Source: Candidatus Micrarchaeia archaeon (lineage in GTDB: Archaea; Micrarchaeota; Micrarchaeia; Burarchaeales; JACRGF01). Taken from it: a stretch of DNA of 25,859 nucleotides. Each line of letters begins with the position of its first letter. Within the stretch, counting starts at the first letter, position 1. The translations under genes and the position numbers were made by a program. The notes below the pieces were generated by a model. The model saw only the letters and a program-made list of their open reading frames with translations, was not told the DNA's origin and searched no databases. Shown one piece after another: positions 23,615 through 25,859 of the stretch. The stretch is from the NCBI GenBank assembly GCA_038870455.1, contig JAWCPB010000016.1, positions 1 to 25,859 on the forward strand, given 5' to 3'.

Positions 23615-24280
23615 ATGCAACCCGTGATTATCCTGAACTTGAAAGTCTATAACGAGAGCGCGGGCCCCAAGGCGCTTGAACTCGCCCAAATCGCCGAGTC
23701 CGTTGCCAAAGACACCGGCGTGCCCATTATAGTCGCTCCGCCCGCGCCCGACCTCGCCCTCGTCGCCAAACATGTCAAAATACCTGTCTTCGCCCAGCAC
23801 GTTGATGACGTGCAGCCTGGGGCTGCCACGGGCGCGGTCACGCTCGAAGGAATAAAGGCAAGCGGGTGCGCGGGCTCTCTCGTCAATCACGCCGAGAAAA
23901 AAATTCGTCTTGCAGAAATTCGTTCGCTCATCGAGCGCGCCCTTTCCCTCGACCTCAAAACCTGCGTCTGCACAGTGAATGCTGCTGAGAGCAAGGCCGT
24001 GGCGTGCCTCAAGCCATCCTTCATTGCAGTCGAGCCTCCCGAGCTCATCGGGACCGGCGTGAGCGTTTCCACAGCAAAGCCCGAGGTCATCACCGAGACA
24101 ATCCGCGAGGTGAAGAGCATCAGCAATGTGCCCGTGCTGTGCGGCGCGGGCGTGAGCAACGGCCATGATGTCAAGCGCGCGCTCGAGCTGGGCGCGGAAG
24201 GCGTGCTGCTGGCGAGCGCGTTCGTGAAGGCGAAGGACCCGCGCGGTGTGCTGACAGACATGGCGAAAGGGACGAAGTAG
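23615..24280 (+). CDS. tpiA: Triosephosphate isomerase, archaeal type
   Basis: LNLKVY, FAQHVD, LVNHAE, IAVEPPELIGTG, LCGAGV and LLAS; SD GAGGTGA at 23604-23610. Confidence 0.96.
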   Translation: MQPVIILNLKVYNESAGPKALELAQIAESVAKDTGVPIIVAPPAPDLALVAKHVKIPVFAQHVDDVQPGAATGAVTLEGIKASGCAGSLVNHAEKKIRLAEIRSLIERALSLDLKTCVCTVNAAESKAVACLKPSFIAVEPPELIGTGVSVSTAKPEVITETIREVKSISNVPVLCGAGVSNGHDVKRALELGAEGVLLASAFVKAKDPRGVLTDMAKGTK

Positions 24281-24297
24281 AGGTTTTTAATGGCTGA

Positions 24298-24630
24298 GTT
24301 GCTTATAGGAAAATCGATCCGGAAATCGAGAAAAGAATAATGCAGTTTCATTCCAGTAAAAATGGATTAGAACTCTTGGATCTGACATTGGACAAACTTG
24401 AACGTTTCCCATTCGATGATCCGTACGTAGCGTCTTTGCGCCATTTCCCAGATTTGAGGAGGAAAAATCCTCAAACTGTCATACGATTGGCTACACGCCT
24501 TCTTGGTGTTGATATCAAAGAACTTTTGGGTGGTGCAGCTAGACCCAAAGCTGTTAACAGACAGATGGGGCAAGCTTTCGGTAGATGGTTAAAAACGATA
24601 GGATATCCTTTCCTCAACCAAGAGGCTTGA
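24298..24630 (+). pseudogene. Internal fragment resembling a Tsp45I-family type II restriction endonuclease
   Basis: The frame reads VAYRKIDPEI...FPFDDPYVASL...RKNPQTVIRL...PKAVNRQMGQAFGRWL. From memory this resembles the Tsp45I-family pattern REID...FPIKDSYVAYL...RNPRTINRI...PKETNRQIGPMF..WL. The N-terminus and the C-terminal catalytic half are missing, and the DNA is visibly AT-richer. Confidence 0.6.
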
Positions 24631-24844
24631 GCAACCAGAACATGAAATAGATGAGCACCAGCAGCACCGCGAGCAGCACGGCCAGGAACACAGCCCGAGC
24701 GCTGCTGCCGAACACGATGGGGATGGGACCGAGCAGCACCACGCCGCCGTACTCGGCCTCTTTTGAAAATAGCGCAGCAGCTGCCACGAGGGCGAAGCCG
24801 AGCAGCACGAGCGCGATGCCAGCAAACAGGAGCTCCCTGTGCAC
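24614..24844 (-). CDS. DUF131/TIGR00304-family small membrane protein
   Basis: Two TM helices flanking the signature EYGGVVLLGPIPIVFGS. Confidence 0.85.
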   Translation of the reverse strand: MHRELLFAGIALVLLGFALVAAAALFSKEAEYGGVVLLGPIPIVFGSSARAVFLAVLLAVLLVLIYFMFWLLKPLG

Positions 24845-24923
24845 AGATTGAGATGGGGGCAGAGTTTTATTTATTTTGACACCACCCTGCTACTTTTGGA
24901 CCTGAGAAAGCACACCTGTAAGG

Positions 24924-24945
24924 CTTAAAAGCAAGCCCTGCGATA
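24924..24945 (+). promoter_or_regulatory. TATA promoter for the right-edge ORF
   Basis: CTTAAAAGCAAGCCCTGCGATA, followed by SD GAGGT (24960-24964) and ATG 24972. Confidence 0.55.
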
Positions 24946-24971
24946 ATCCTGCAGGAAACGAGGTAATTGAA

Positions 24972-25859
24972 ATGGGCGAAGGAGGGCTGGTTCTCGAAAA
25001 ACCGCAAGCCGACCAGATGCTTCTCGACGCTATTCGAGAGAGGCTCGACAAGGTTGTACCTACAAACCCCTTGATGGAAGACGCGCTTCTCGCCGCAAGC
25101 TACCTGAAGTACGGCGGCAAAGACCCGGAGACTCTGAGAAAATGTGAGCAGATTCGAGATGCTTACAACAGAGAACACGGCCCGGGTGCTTTTGAGAGGC
25201 TCCTACAGAGTATCACCGATGTGAAGCTCGAGGGCCCGCGCATTAAAATAATAACTTCGGACTACGGAGTGACCTTCATCCCCCCGAGCGTGCTGCCCGA
25301 AGAAAAGGCGGGGGAAGTCAAGGTCACGGCCGAGGAAGTCCAGCAAAGCCAGCGCGCGCTCAAGGACCAGATCGATTCCCTCAAGAAAACGAACCCCGAA
25401 GCCGCCGAGGCGGTCGAACGGCTTGTCACGACAGCAAACGGGGAGGCTGTCTCCTCGCTCGAAGACCTCGAATCTTCCCTGAAACAAGGTAAGATAAATG
25501 AGGAGGAATTCGGCAGGCAAGCCAACGAAGTGCTCGTGGCTCTCAACAAAACCTACCAGCAGCTTGAAGAAGCGCTCGCCGATCTTGTGCAAGGAAAAGA
25601 TGAGAAACTCAATGAAATGCTGAGCAAATACGGACTCAAGCTCACCGATGCACAACGCATCCGCCTAAAGGAAATCGTTCCTGATTTAGTCAAAACAATT
25701 GCGGTGGCACGCGGCTCGCTGCCGCCAGATGGAGGGAAGGTGCCGCCAGAGGAGATAGAGAGGATAAAGAAGGCGTTGTGGGGTGAAGAGGAAGCGGCTG
25801 GAGTCAATGCGATTCGAGCTGACGCTAACAAAGAGAAAATTGAGAGTTCGGCAAGAACT
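24972..25859 (+). CDS. Hypothetical helical or coiled-coil protein, 3'-truncated (at least 296 aa)
   Basis: Absent from the ORF track because it has no stop in the window. Manual translation MGEGGLVLEKPQADQMLLDAIRERLDK...KEKIESSART is open to the edge, E/K-rich, with an SD and TATA box upstream. Confidence 0.8.
   Translation, partial: MGEGGLVLEKPQADQMLLDAIRERLDKVVPTNPLMEDALLAASYLKYGGKDPETLRKCEQIRDAYNREHGPGAFERLLQSITDVKLEGPRIKIITSDYGVTFIPPSVLPEEKAGEVKVTAEEVQQSQRALKDQIDSLKKTNPEAAEAVERLVTTANGEAVSSLEDLESSLKQGKINEEEFGRQANEVLVALNKTYQQLEEALADLVQGKDEKLNEMLSKYGLKLTDAQRIRLKEIVPDLVKTIAVARGSLPPDGGKVPPEEIERIKKALWGEEEAAGVNAIRADANKEKIESSART

Noticed and set aside
24867..25831. Minus-strand ORFs at 24867-25178, 25203-25655 and 25553-25831
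   Set aside because: They are antisense to the open plus-strand frame from 24972, which has an SD, a TATA box and normal protein composition.
1..25859. CRISPR array, tRNA or rRNA genes, transposase or integrase, stop-codon reassignment
   Set aside because: By eye I saw no regularly spaced repeats, T-arm motifs or recombinase motifs, and conserved genes are full length using TAA, TAG and TGA as stops.

Overview
GC-rich, densely packed archaeal chromosomal segment. Archaeal origin rests on Topo VI A/B, archease, Dim2-type KH protein, Nop5, archaeal TPI, AroA'/AroB', TATA boxes and GAGGTG Shine-Dalgarno motifs. A Micrarchaeota/DPANN-like lineage is a guess that I cannot confirm. Left to right: a hairpin-rich non-coding region running off the left edge; a Zn-ribbon membrane protein, a surface protein, argC/lysY-like and argB-like genes (+); an rtcB (with a 502-aa LAGLIDADG intein)-archease-KH/Dim2-top6B-top6A block (-); a PrsW-family protease coupled to pyrF; a HEAT-repeat gene (-); pyrE-pyrD-pyrK-pyrC; cupin glucose-6-phosphate isomerase (-) divergent from aroA'-aroB'; glycyl-tRNA synthetase (-) followed by an unannotated 31-aa basic ORF; a Tat-lipoprotein; short Nop5, a metallophosphoesterase and tpiA; an AT-richer fragment resembling a Tsp45I-family restriction endonuclease; a DUF131 protein; and an unknown ORF open at the right edge. 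Most of the window is housekeeping, and I found no clearly new multi-gene system. The best leads are the small basic ORF, the left-edge structured RNA candidate, the intein, the restriction-enzyme remnant, a fixed-spacing promoter motif and divergent AroB'/ArgC sequences. Family assignments come from motif recognition only; no searches were run.
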